Positions 52,069-61,324 of a stretch of 64,000 bases of DNA are shown one piece after another. Position numbers and translations under genes: made by a program. The notes below the pieces were generated by a model. The model did not search any database, had not been told where the DNA came from, and saw nothing but the letters and a program-made list of their open reading frames with translations. Position 1 is the stretch's first letter; every line of letters starts with the position of its first letter. The stretch is from NCBI GenBank assembly GCA_965237475.1, contig OZ250140.1, positions 483,549-547,548 on the forward strand, read 5' to 3'. This DNA is from Dehalococcoidia bacterium (GTDB lineage: Bacteria; Chloroflexota; Dehalococcoidia; Bin125).

Positions 52069-55000
52069 TCAGCCGTCCGGCCGCGTCGCCGCGAGCCCCG
52101 GCGCGGCGCTGACGATGGTCCAGGTCAACGGCTCCGTGACGGAGATCAGATAGGCGCTGCCGTTGCTGAGAGTGGTGAGCGTGCGGAGTCCGGGAACGTT
52201 AGCCAGCTCGGGGTCCGTGACAAAGATGCGCCAGGTTTGCGTGGCTGGGTCGTACTCGTAGATCGCGATGACCTTGTCTGAGATGTCGTCGTCGGCCCCG
52301 GTCCCGCGCAGCGCGTCGGCGATCGGGACGCCGTCGCGGCCGGGCCAGCTGAACGAGCTCAGGCCGGCGTCAAGCTCGATCAGCGACTCGACGCTCTCGA
52401 TTCGGACTCGGTAGACGCGCCTGCGGCTGGCGTCTGCGGAGGTCACGGTGATCGTGATCTCGGCGCCCGCCGTGATCGCGACCTGGTGGCCGTTCTCCGC
52501 GTCCGCGTCCGCGTCGGCGGGCTCGATCACCACGCCGGCCTGCTCCTGCACGGCTGCGGCTGCGATCGTGCTGGTCGCCGCACCGCCCGTTGAGGAGCCG
52601 CCGTACTGCGTTGTACGGCTCGAGAACGCGCCGAACTCGATCTCGCTCAGGCTCAACTCGGCCAGCCTCGCGTCGGCCGCGTCGGGCAGGTTGTAGCTGT
52701 AGACATGGTCGTCCTGCTCGTCGACCACATAGACCACCTCGCCGTCGCCCCAGATGCCGCGCGGCTGGCCGTTGCCGGCCTTCAGCAGCGGACGGAAGCT
52801 GAACTCCTCCGCCTCGATCCGGGTCAGCGTCTCGGCTTCGACGCGGTAGGCGAAGAGCCGCTTCGCGCCGTCGTCGGAGGCCCAGAGGGTGAGGCCGTCG
52901 GACCATAGGCCGCGCGGGCTGCGGTTGAGCCGGTCGAGCGGATATTCGGCCAGCAGTTCGCCGCTCGTCAAGTCGTAGGCGAACAGCGAGTCGCGCACGC
53001 TGTCGAGCACCCAGAGCGTTGCGCCGTCGGACCAGATGCCGCGTGGGTCGCGGTTATCCTCGGACAGTTCGAGGTCGCGCTGCTCCACACGCTCGCCCGT
53101 GGCGAGTTCGTAGGCGAACAGCCGGTCCTGGCCGCTATCGGCGATCCATATGGTCTCACCATCGGACCAGATGCCGTGCGCGAAGCGGTTGCGAGCGACG
53201 AGCGGGAACTCAAGCTCGGGTTGGCGCTCCCCGCTGGCGAGGTCGTAGGCGAAGACCGCGTCGGCGCCGCCGGCGGCGTTCTCCAGCACCCAGAGCGTCT
53301 GGCCGTCGGACCAGATCCCGGTGGGCAGATCGTGTTCGCGGTCCAGTGACTCGATGTCGCGAGTCACGTTCCACTCGAAGTCAACCTCCGAGGGGATCGG
53401 GATCGGCGGCGGTCCCCCGCCTCCGCCCCCGCCACCACCGCCGCCGCCCGTTGAGGTGGTGGTCCTGACCGGGATTTGAGCCAGAAGTTCGGAGATATCT
53501 ACCTCGGTGACGATCACCTTTACCTCGAAGTCAGCCGAGTTGCCCTCACTATCAGTAGCCGTGATTGTCAACTCGTAGATGTTGTCGGAGCCGCTGTCTG
53601 TTGGCGCAGCATAGTTGGGCAACGGGGCCCAGTTTGTGTACAAGTGCTCGAAGCCTGGGTCCGTGCCCGGCAGGCTGAAAGGCCTGTCGTTATAGAAGCT
53701 GAGCACGCCGCCTGCGCTGATTTCGAAGTCGGCGCCGTCGGCCCCGGACAACGCCCAGGTGATTGGTGTATGGCCATCCTCGTCGGTCGCGGTATACGTC
53801 GCCACGGGATCGTCTACATGCTCCTCAAAGGTCAAGAACGATTCGCCCGTCACGACCGGCCGGTCATTCACATCGATGACGCTGATGGTCACGCGTATCG
53901 AGTCGGTCTCACCGGAGGGGTCAGTGGCGGTCACAACCACTGTATAGCTGGTTCTCTGTTCATAGTCGAGGGCGGCTCTTGTACTGAGCTGGCCCGTGTT
54001 TCTTTCGATCTCGAAATACTGCTCGCCACCGCTGTCCAACTGGTAAGTCCGCGGGTCGCCGTCCGGGTCGGTGGCCTCGACGGGCGGTCCAATGGGTTGA
54101 CCGCTGGGGGTGTTTTCGCGCACAGTTCGGGCGCCCGTCTCGCTGGATGGGAACTCGGGCGGATCGTTGGTGTCCGGCCTGGCCTGCGACCGATTCACGG
54201 AGACCGCTTCCTCAGACTGCCCCGTACTCCACCGGTCGTCATACGAAACGACGACCCTCAACAGGAAATCCGTGTCCGTAGCTGTGGGCGTATAAGTCGC
54301 CGACACGGCATCGTTGATCACAAACCACCGGTCGACCACCGTCCCCTTGCGCCACCAGGTCCAGACGGCGTTGGTCACACCCCCATCCGGGTCGCTCAGT
54401 TCGGCCCTGAATGGGACATCCTCGACCGGTTGCTGCGACGATAGCTGCAGCGTTCCGGGCTCATTTTCGTTGCCAATGGTCACCGAGACAGGTTGCGTCG
54501 CGGTGTTGGTCCCGTCGGTGACCTCCAGCGTCACCTGGTAAACGCTGTCTGAGTTCGCGTCGGTCGGAGACTCATAGTCGGGAATCGCCAGCAATCTGAG
54601 CACGCCATCGTTGGCGATGGGCTCGAAGTCCTCGCTATCGGTCCCCGACAGACTCCAGACGAGCGGCTGATCTTCCGGGTCCTCAGCCGTGTAGTCGTAC
54701 GTCAGATCGGAGTCGTTCTCCATCCGGGTCGGGGCAAAATCACCCAAGATCACTGGCGCTTCGTTCGCATCGGTGACCGAGACAGTCAGGTCCCAGGCGC
54801 CGGTCAATAGCGCTTCGTCCCTGACGCTCACGGTCAAGTGGTAGACGTTGTCCACATCGGCGTCGCCGGGCATTTCGAAGTCTGGTGGCGCATTGAAACT
54901 GAGCACGCCGCGTTCGCTGAGCGTGAAGAGGTCCTTGTCGGCGCCGGCCAACTCCAACCAGGTGATCATCGTCCCTTCCGGGTCGCTGGCAGTGAACGTG

Positions 55001-58000
55001 TGTACCGCGCCGACGCCGTTTTCCTCGTACCGGGCGTTCTCGGGACCGGTGACCAGGGGCATCTCCTCCACGTTGGTCACCGTGACGGTGATGGCGCTGG
55101 TCACTGCGTTGGTCCCGTCAGAGGCCCGCACGTCGACCCGGTAGGTGTTGTCGCCACCACTATCAAGGGGAAAATCGTAGTTGCGCAATCGACGTAATTT
55201 GCTTCTGAGGATCCCGTTGCTACTGATCTCGAATCGGAGCTCGTCAGTCCCCAGCAGCGACCAGACGATTGGCGCGTTCTCAGGATCGTTGGCTGTGAAG
55301 ACGGCCACCGCCCCAGAGGTGTTCTCGGCTTGGGTCGCCGTGCCTGGTCCCGAGATCGTTGGAGCTTCATCGCGGTCGGTGATCGCGATTCGGACGTTCC
55401 GCGCGCCCCTGTTGCCGTTCTGGTCCGCAGCCTGCACTGACACGTGGTAGACGTTGTCCCGGCCGGCATCGGTCGGCGCCTCGTAGTCGGGCGTCGTGAC
55501 GAAGCTGAGCGACCCGTTGGTGATCGTAAAGTCGTCACGGTCTTGCCCCGCCAGCGACCAGGAAATCGTGCCGCTCTCCGGGTCCGACGCGCTGTAGCTG
55601 CCCACGGCGCCGGTGCGGTTCTCGGCAAACACGATGTCGGCCAGACCCGAAACGGACGGGGCCTCGTCCACTCCGGTGACCGTGATCGTGACGGCCTGCG
55701 TGTCCGCGGCGAGCGACGGATCCCGGACCGTGACCGTCAGTGAGTACGAGGCCCGGCTTTCCGTGCTGAGAGCCGCCTTCGTGCGCAGTTGGCCCGTATC
55801 AGCGTCGATCTCGAAGTCGCTGGCCCGGGAGCCACTGAGGGCATAGTTCAGGGTGTCGCCACTATCGGCATCCGTCGCCTCGACCGGCGCGCCGATGTCC
55901 ACGCCGGCGGCCGTGTTCTCGGCCACGCTGCGCGCGCCCGTTTCGGTGGACGGGAACTCGGGCGCGGCATTCGTCGCCGGCGCTGCGCGGACGGCGGAAC
56001 TGAGTTCGAACTGCGCGCTCCTGCCCGCTCCGAGCGGGTCTCTGTAGGCCGCCGTCACTCGCAGGTAGTTGTTCAGGTCGGCGTCAACCGGGGTGTAGCG
56101 GAACGAAGTCGCTCCGCTGATTGGACTCCAGCTCACGAGGTTGCTCGAGCTCTCCCACGTCCACGTGATCCTGCTCGCGTTGCCGTCCTGGTCAACCACG
56201 GTCGCGGTTAGTGCGGCGCCGACCTGCGGCTGGAGCGAAGACAGGCGCAGCTCGCCTGGATCGTCCCGGTTGACTACGTTGACCGTGATGTCGATCAAGG
56301 CGGCGTTGGCGCCGTCACTGGCCTCGACCGTCAGCTCGTGGCTGCGCAGGCGCTCGTAGTCGAGCGTGGCGCTCGTACGCAACTGGCCGTCGCTGTCGAT
56401 CGCAAAGAGCGCAGCGGCCGGGCCGGTCAGGGTATAGGTCAGTGCGCCGCCCTCCGGGTCTACAGCCGCGAGCGGAGCTCCGATCGCGCTGCCCGCCGCT
56501 GCGTCTTCAACGATTTCGCGCGTCGCGGTCGCCTCCGCGAAAACCGGTGGTTCATCAACCCCGCTCACCGTGATCTCGACATGTCGGAAGGCAACCAGCT
56601 TGCCGTCCGAGACCTGCACGGCGAACCTGAGGACATCCTGGGCTTCGTGATCCAGGACGGCCCCGACTGCCAACTGGCCCGTCGCCTGGTCGATGTCGAA
56701 GGCGAGGGCGTCTGCCCCGACCAGCGCGTACGAGAGCGTGTCGCCGTCGCTATCGGTGGCGTCGACGGGAGCGCCGACGTCGGTTCCCAATGCTGCATCC
56801 TCGGCAACCGTGTATAGGGCCGTCGCCGAGCTAAACGAGGGCGGAACGCTTGGCTGCCGCAGCGTCGGATAGTCGCTGCTGGCGCCGAAGTCCCAGGGGT
56901 CATGCGCGCTGACCGGAAAGTAGCCGAAATCAGTCAGAACTTGCTCCACGTTCCAGTGCAGGTAGATGCCCGTGTAGTCGATGGGCGTCTGTAGCTCGGA
57001 GGTGGTCAGGCCCGATGCGCCGTCGGTTGACGTTTCGCCGCTCCCGATCATGCCGTCGCCGTTGAGATCGTCCGACCCGACGCCAACGCTCCGTCCCGTG
57101 GTCTGCGTGTCCCAATAGTCATAGAAGAATCCACCAAACCCCAACGAGCCGGCAAATCCACCAACGTTCGTCGTGCCGGTCACTGAGCCCGTGGCATAGC
57201 TGGCGCGGACTCCGGGCCTTGTGCTGGCGCCGACCAACCCACCGACATCTGTGGCGCCGCTCAGCGATCCCGTCGCATACGACGCAAAGATCCTGCCCCT
57301 GAGACGTCCGACCAGGCCTCCGACATTGCTGGATCCGATCACGCCACCCGTTGCGTAGCTGCGGTGAACTTCGCCGTTACCCAACCCCACCAAGCCACCG
57401 ACATCTGTGGTTCCAGTGACAGTTCCGCTGGCAAAGGTTCCATTAAGGATCGATGCCACCGAGCCATGGCCAACCAACCCTCCCGTTTCCGCGCCTCCGC
57501 TGATCGCGCCGGTCGCGGCGCTCTCGACGATCGTGCCGCCGACGACGCCGAGCAACCCACCGACCTTCGTGCCCGTGCTGAGCACGTCGCCGAACGCCGT
57601 GCTCCCGCCGACCCCAGAAATGGCGCGGCCGGCGAGGCCGCCGACCTCGTCACCCGTGCCGGTCGCGTCACCGACAGCGCCGATCGCGCTGCTGTCGAAA
57701 ATCGCTGCCCTGCTGTAGCCGATCAATCCGCCAACTTGGTCGTGGCCCGTCACGGCGCCGCTGGCGAAGCTGTCGCGGATCGTTCCGCTGTTCCGTCCGA
57801 CCAGACCGCCGGTGGCCTCGCCTTCCGCGTTGTTGCCGGTGACCGCGCCGCTGGCCGTGCTTCGCTGAATCTGCGCGCTCACATTCCGGCCGACCAGACC
57901 GCCAACGTAGCTGTGGCCCGTCACGCCGCCGCGAGCGCTGCTGTCGCTAATCGGACCGTCGTTCCAGCCGACCAGCCCGCCCGCCCAGTTGCCCGCTGTG

Positions 58001-59268
58001 ATGGCGCTAGCGCTCGCCGTGCTCTCGCTGATCGCATTGACACCTCCGGCGCCGTCGTTGGACCCGAGCAGTCCGCCCACCGTTGAGAGTCCACGCACTG
58101 TCGTGCCGAGGGCATGGCTGTCGCTGATCGGACCGTTGTTCCAGCCAACCAACCCTCCGGCATAGTGGCCGCTGGCCGTCACATCCCCACTGGCAGTACT
58201 ATTCTCGATCTGGTTGTGACCGTCTGCCTGCTCGTCATAGTTGCTGCCCACGAGTCCGCCGACATTGGCGCCGCCGCTGACGGTACCGCTGGCGCTGCCG
58301 GCGCTGATCGGGCCGTTGTTCCAGCCGACCAGCCCACCGACGGAATGGTCGTAGCCGGTCACCGCGCCGCTGGCAGCGCTGTCGCTGATCGGATTGTCAC
58401 CATCGTTCTGAGCGTCATAGTTGTTGCCTACCAGGCCGCCGACGGAGCTGTTGCCGCTGACGACGACGCTGGCGCTGCTAGCGCTGATCGGGCCGTAGTT
58501 CAGCCCGACCAAGCCGCCGATGACGTCGCCGGAAGCGGATACAAGGCCTGAGGCGCTGCTGCCGCTGATCGTTCCTGCGTTCCAGCCGACCAACCCGCCG
58601 ACAGTCCCCAATCCGGTAATGGTCAAATTGACCAGGGTGACATTGCGGATCACGCTGCTCGTGCCCGCCTGGCCGAACAAGCCAAGGCTGTACGAAAGCG
58701 CCCGGTTGATGTACAGGCCGTTGATCGTAAAGTCCGGGGCTCCGCCGTCGAAGGTGGCGTTAAATCTGCTCGTCTCGCTATCCGTCGAGCCGTCGCCGAT
58801 CGGATACCAGCCGGCAGCGCCATGTCCTGCGTCAGCAAGGTTCAGGTCCGCCACCAGCTCATAGCCCGTGCAGGTCGATGGGCAACCCATCCTCGAGACC
58901 GCGTCCGGGAACGCTGCGGCGTAATCAGTCGCTGAGGCGCTGGAGTCCGCGCTGCCATCGCCGTTCAGATCCCAGCGGACGGCGTTCAGCTGCGCGACCG
59001 ACCGGATCTCAATCAGGCCGTCTTGATCCGTGTCGTAGTCAATGCTGCCGGTCTGCGCATGGGCGGTTGAGTCGAAGCCCTGCTCGGCCAGTAGGATCAC
59101 GCAGCCAAGCGCGATCGCCACTACGGCCAACAGCCTGACCGTATTCGGCGCTGCCAGCGCTCTGCGTGTTCGCGTCGGTCGAGCAGAGCGGTCGCGCGCA
59201 GCGACGCACGCTGGCGGAGCTTGGTTGGAACGGGCCCAGCCAATGCGTCGACAAATGCGCCTATGCAT
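52069..59268 (-). CDS. giant exported repeat protein 2 (2399 aa): DxDxDG Ca-binding-like N-terminus, GLUG-motif glycine-rich repeats, about 8 cadherin-like repeats, poly-Gly/Pro hinge, 'IWSDG' propeller-like repeats, cadherin-like beta-sandwich C-terminus
   Basis: GLUG-like VGGLVGxNxGxI repeats. Cadherin-like repeats ending ...TVTGVDEAP. C-terminal about 450 aa collinear with protein 1 (GGGGGGGGGPPP..SE(A/V)DF(T/E)WNVTRDI(D/E)SL...). Confidence 0.85.
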   Translation of the reverse strand: MHRRICRRIGWARSNQAPPACVAARDRSARPTRTRRALAAPNTVRLLAVVAIALGCVILLAEQGFDSTAHAQTGSIDYDTDQDGLIEIRSVAQLNAVRWDLNGDGSADSSASATDYAAAFPDAVSRMGCPSTCTGYELVADLNLADAGHGAAGWYPIGDGSTDSETSRFNATFDGGAPDFTINGLYINRALSYSLGLFGQAGTSSVIRNVTLVNLTITGLGTVGGLVGWNAGTISGSSASGLVSASGDVIGGLVGLNYGPISASSASVVVSGNSSVGGLVGNNYDAQNDGDNPISDSAASGAVTGYDHSVGGLVGWNNGPISAGSASGTVSGGANVGGLVGSNYDEQADGHNQIENSTASGDVTASGHYAGGLVGWNNGPISDSHALGTTVRGLSTVGGLLGSNDGAGGVNAISESTASASAITAGNWAGGLVGWNDGPISDSSARGGVTGHSYVGGLVGRNVSAQIQRSTASGAVTGNNAEGEATGGLVGRNSGTIRDSFASGAVTGHDQVGGLIGYSRAAIFDSSAIGAVGDATGTGDEVGGLAGRAISGVGGSTAFGDVLSTGTKVGGLLGVVGGTIVESAATGAISGGAETGGLVGHGSVASILNGTFASGTVTGTTDVGGLVGLGNGEVHRSYATGGVIGSSNVGGLVGRLRGRIFASYATGSLSGATDVGGLVGASTRPGVRASYATGSVTGTTNVGGFAGSLGFGGFFYDYWDTQTTGRSVGVGSDDLNGDGMIGSGETSTDGASGLTTSELQTPIDYTGIYLHWNVEQVLTDFGYFPVSAHDPWDFGASSDYPTLRQPSVPPSFSSATALYTVAEDAALGTDVGAPVDATDSDGDTLSYALVGADALAFDIDQATGQLAVGAVLDHEAQDVLRFAVQVSDGKLVAFRHVEITVSGVDEPPVFAEATATREIVEDAAAGSAIGAPLAAVDPEGGALTYTLTGPAAALFAIDSDGQLRTSATLDYERLRSHELTVEASDGANAALIDITVNVVNRDDPGELRLSSLQPQVGAALTATVVDQDGNASRITWTWESSSNLVSWSPISGATSFRYTPVDADLNNYLRVTAAYRDPLGAGRSAQFELSSAVRAAPATNAAPEFPSTETGARSVAENTAAGVDIGAPVEATDADSGDTLNYALSGSRASDFEIDADTGQLRTKAALSTESRASYSLTVTVRDPSLAADTQAVTITVTGVDEAPSVSGLADIVFAENRTGAVGSYSASDPESGTISWSLAGQDRDDFTITNGSLSFVTTPDYEAPTDAGRDNVYHVSVQAADQNGNRGARNVRIAITDRDEAPTISGPGTATQAENTSGAVAVFTANDPENAPIVWSLLGTDELRFEISSNGILRSKLRRLRNYDFPLDSGGDNTYRVDVRASDGTNAVTSAITVTVTNVEEMPLVTGPENARYEENGVGAVHTFTASDPEGTMITWLELAGADKDLFTLSERGVLSFNAPPDFEMPGDADVDNVYHLTVSVRDEALLTGAWDLTVSVTDANEAPVILGDFAPTRMENDSDLTYDYTAEDPEDQPLVWSLSGTDSEDFEPIANDGVLRLLAIPDYESPTDANSDSVYQVTLEVTDGTNTATQPVSVTIGNENEPGTLQLSSQQPVEDVPFRAELSDPDGGVTNAVWTWWRKGTVVDRWFVINDAVSATYTPTATDTDFLLRVVVSYDDRWSTGQSEEAVSVNRSQARPDTNDPPEFPSSETGARTVRENTPSGQPIGPPVEATDPDGDPRTYQLDSGGEQYFEIERNTGQLSTRAALDYEQRTSYTVVVTATDPSGETDSIRVTISVIDVNDRPVVTGESFLTFEEHVDDPVATYTATDEDGHTPITWALSGADGADFEISAGGVLSFYNDRPFSLPGTDPGFEHLYTNWAPLPNYAAPTDSGSDNIYELTITATDSEGNSADFEVKVIVTEVDISELLAQIPVRTTTSTGGGGGGGGGGGGPPPIPIPSEVDFEWNVTRDIESLDREHDLPTGIWSDGQTLWVLENAAGGADAVFAYDLASGERQPELEFPLVARNRFAHGIWSDGETIWIADSGQDRLFAYELATGERVEQRDLELSEDNRDPRGIWSDGATLWVLDSVRDSLFAYDLTSGELLAEYPLDRLNRSPRGLWSDGLTLWASDDGAKRLFAYRVEAETLTRIEAEEFSFRPLLKAGNGQPRGIWGDGEVVYVVDEQDDHVYSYNLPDAADARLAELSLSEIEFGAFSSRTTQYGGSSTGGAATSTIAAAAVQEQAGVVIEPADADADAENGHQVAITAGAEITITVTSADASRRRVYRVRIESVESLIELDAGLSSFSWPGRDGVPIADALRGTGADDDISDKVIAIYEYDPATQTWRIFVTDPELANVPGLRTLTTLSNGSAYLISVTEPLTWTIVSAAPGLAATRPDG

Positions 59269-59790
59269 CGTTTAGCCCCAACCCGCCCTGTCGCGTTCGC
59301 GCCCCTGTGCCTGGACCAGATGGATGGCGCCAGCTACCCGCCACACACAAAAGACAGGGCCAGCTAGCGCCGTTGCGCCTGCGAAGGCGGCCGACGCTCG
59401 TGAGCTCAGGAGTGGCGGTGATCTGGCATGTAGCGAGAAGTGGATGCAGCCGGACCACGGTGACTAGCACGGGCCCGAGCAGCGCGAACATCGACCAGAA
59501 CAGACCGATCAGCCGACGACAGCAGTGATCCATCGATTGCACCTGCGCTTTCGCTTGCACCCCGTGGCTCGCAGGAGCCCGGACAAGGTCGATTCGGCCA
59601 AATTACTTGATTACCGATTTACGATAGCTCTAGTGTCCCTGCGGCGCAACAATGCGTGTCAGCGTGCGTCGCATGTTGCCGGAGGCGGATCGACCGTCTG
59701 AGTTGTTCGCAGCATGCCCCGCCCTGCGGGCCCCGCGCCGTCGTCACGGCCGTAAGGCTGGACCGGATCCATCACTGTGCCTCGGCGGAA

Positions 59791-60630
59791 ATGACCGCCC
59801 ACCCGCTTGTGTTTCCGACGCTCCCAAGCCAGTTGCTGTCCTGCTGCGGCCAACCAGCCTTCCGCAATCGTCCACAGCCAATCCGGTTCGGCTGGCCGGT
59901 CGCGATCAGCGGCCCCGCAGCGGCAGGCCCGCCATCCGACCACCTTGCCGGGCTCAATGCCCGGTTCGCAACGCGCGAGCGGGAGGTCGTTGCAAGACAG
60001 CAACAGGCACGCCTGTGCTCCGTGATTCGTCACCTCCTCGAGCAGGCAGGACGGGGCCGCTTCTCGCCCGACGATGCATCGAGCATCGAGGATCGCTGGC
60101 GTGCGCTTGTCAAGGAGGCTGAGTCAACGATGCTCTCGAGTCATCTCGAGCGCCACCTTGTCCCGCTGGATGAATCCATCCCCGACTTTGAGGTCCGATG
60201 CATTCAAGCCCACGAACGCGCACTCCATTTATCGGCTGGGGTCCGAACCGCTAGACCTTCGCCCTCCGGAAGTGGCGAGTACGGCTTCGAGCTGCCGGTA
60301 TGGTCGCCGGACGGGCTGGTTCGCGGCCCAATCGATGCGGTGATTCCTTCGGATCATGGACCGGTAGTCCTCGATGACAAGTCCGGTGCGGTGTTCGAGC
60401 GCGGTCCGAGTCCAGCGCCGGTGAAGGAGCGCTACGCGGTCCAGCTCCGTCTGTATGCGGCGCTCTACGCGTCTGCGACTGGAACGTGGTCATCGCGCCT
60501 CGAGATCGTCCCGATCCTCGGCGAAGCGCAAGCAGTCGAATTCGATGAGGAGACTTGCGCCAGCCTCCTCGACGACGCGCGCCGCTTTGGAGCCGCGGCT
60601 GCGCCGCACCGCGTGCCGCCCGATCACCAC
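59791..60630 (+). CDS. PD-(D/E)XK nuclease family protein (RecB/Cas4-like fold), 3' end undefined; abuts a truncated permease gene
   Basis: Motifs IDAVIP, VVLDDKSG (D-x-K), QLRLYAALY. No stop codon before the junction near 60630. Confidence 0.5.
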
Positions 60631-61305
60631 TCGCTCGCTGAGCCCCTTGGCCCGCGCCGTGCGAATGAGGTCGGTCTCCATCACCTCGATCATCCCCGAG
60701 CGGGTCAGCCGCATGATCGCGACCATCTCGAACAGCGCCAGCGCCAGCGGCGGCAGAATCAACGAGCGGAAGCCGTCCTTCGCGCCGCCGGTCGGAAACC
60801 AGCCGAGCTGCACCGCGAAGAAGAGGATCATCATCAGGCCCAGCCAGAAGCTCGGCGTCGCCTGCCCGATCACCGCCACGAAGCTCGACAGCCAGTCGAT
60901 CGGCGTGCCGCGTCTCAAGGCCGCCAGATGCCCAGCGGCAGCGGCAGCGGCAGCGGCAGCGGCAGCGGCAGCGGCAGCGCGAACACCACGCCCGCCACCC
61001 CCAGCTTGAGCGTGTTCGCCGCCCGGTCGCCGAGCGCCGGCGTGCCCCCGCCCCGCCACGAGGTCCCGAAATCGCCCTGCGCCAGGGGCCCACAGGAAAT
61101 TGCCGTACTGGACGATCAGCGGGGCGTTCAACCCCAGGGTCTCCCTCAGAGCCTCGATGTCGATGTCCCGCGCCTCGAGCGGCAGCAGCGTCGTTTCGGG
61201 ATTGCCCCCGCTGCGCGAGACGAAGCAGACGGTCGTCACGACGATCAAGACGACCAAGAACGCCTGCAGCAGCCGGAACGCGAAGTAGTTCCAGAACTGC
61301 ATCAA
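60631..61305 (-). pseudogene. peptide/nickel ABC transporter permease (OppB/DppB family), 3'-truncated and carrying an in-frame (AGCGGC)7 insertion
   Basis: N-terminal MMQFWNYFAFRLLQAFLVVLIVV... and EAA-loop region ...LIRTARAKGLSERVVIGRHAVR match OppB. Homology stops near 60630, 45 codons before the ORF's stop. Poly-Ala is encoded by a hexanucleotide repeat. Confidence 0.6.
60934..60979. repeat. (AGCGGC)7 hexanucleotide microsatellite
   Basis: agcggc x7 perfect; encodes A14 in the permease frame. Confidence 0.9.
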
Positions 61306-61310
61306 GTTCC

Positions 61311-61324
61311 GGGGGGGGGGGGGG
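61311..61324. repeat. G14 homopolymer between the SBP fragment and the permease start
   Basis: 14 consecutive G. Confidence 0.9.
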
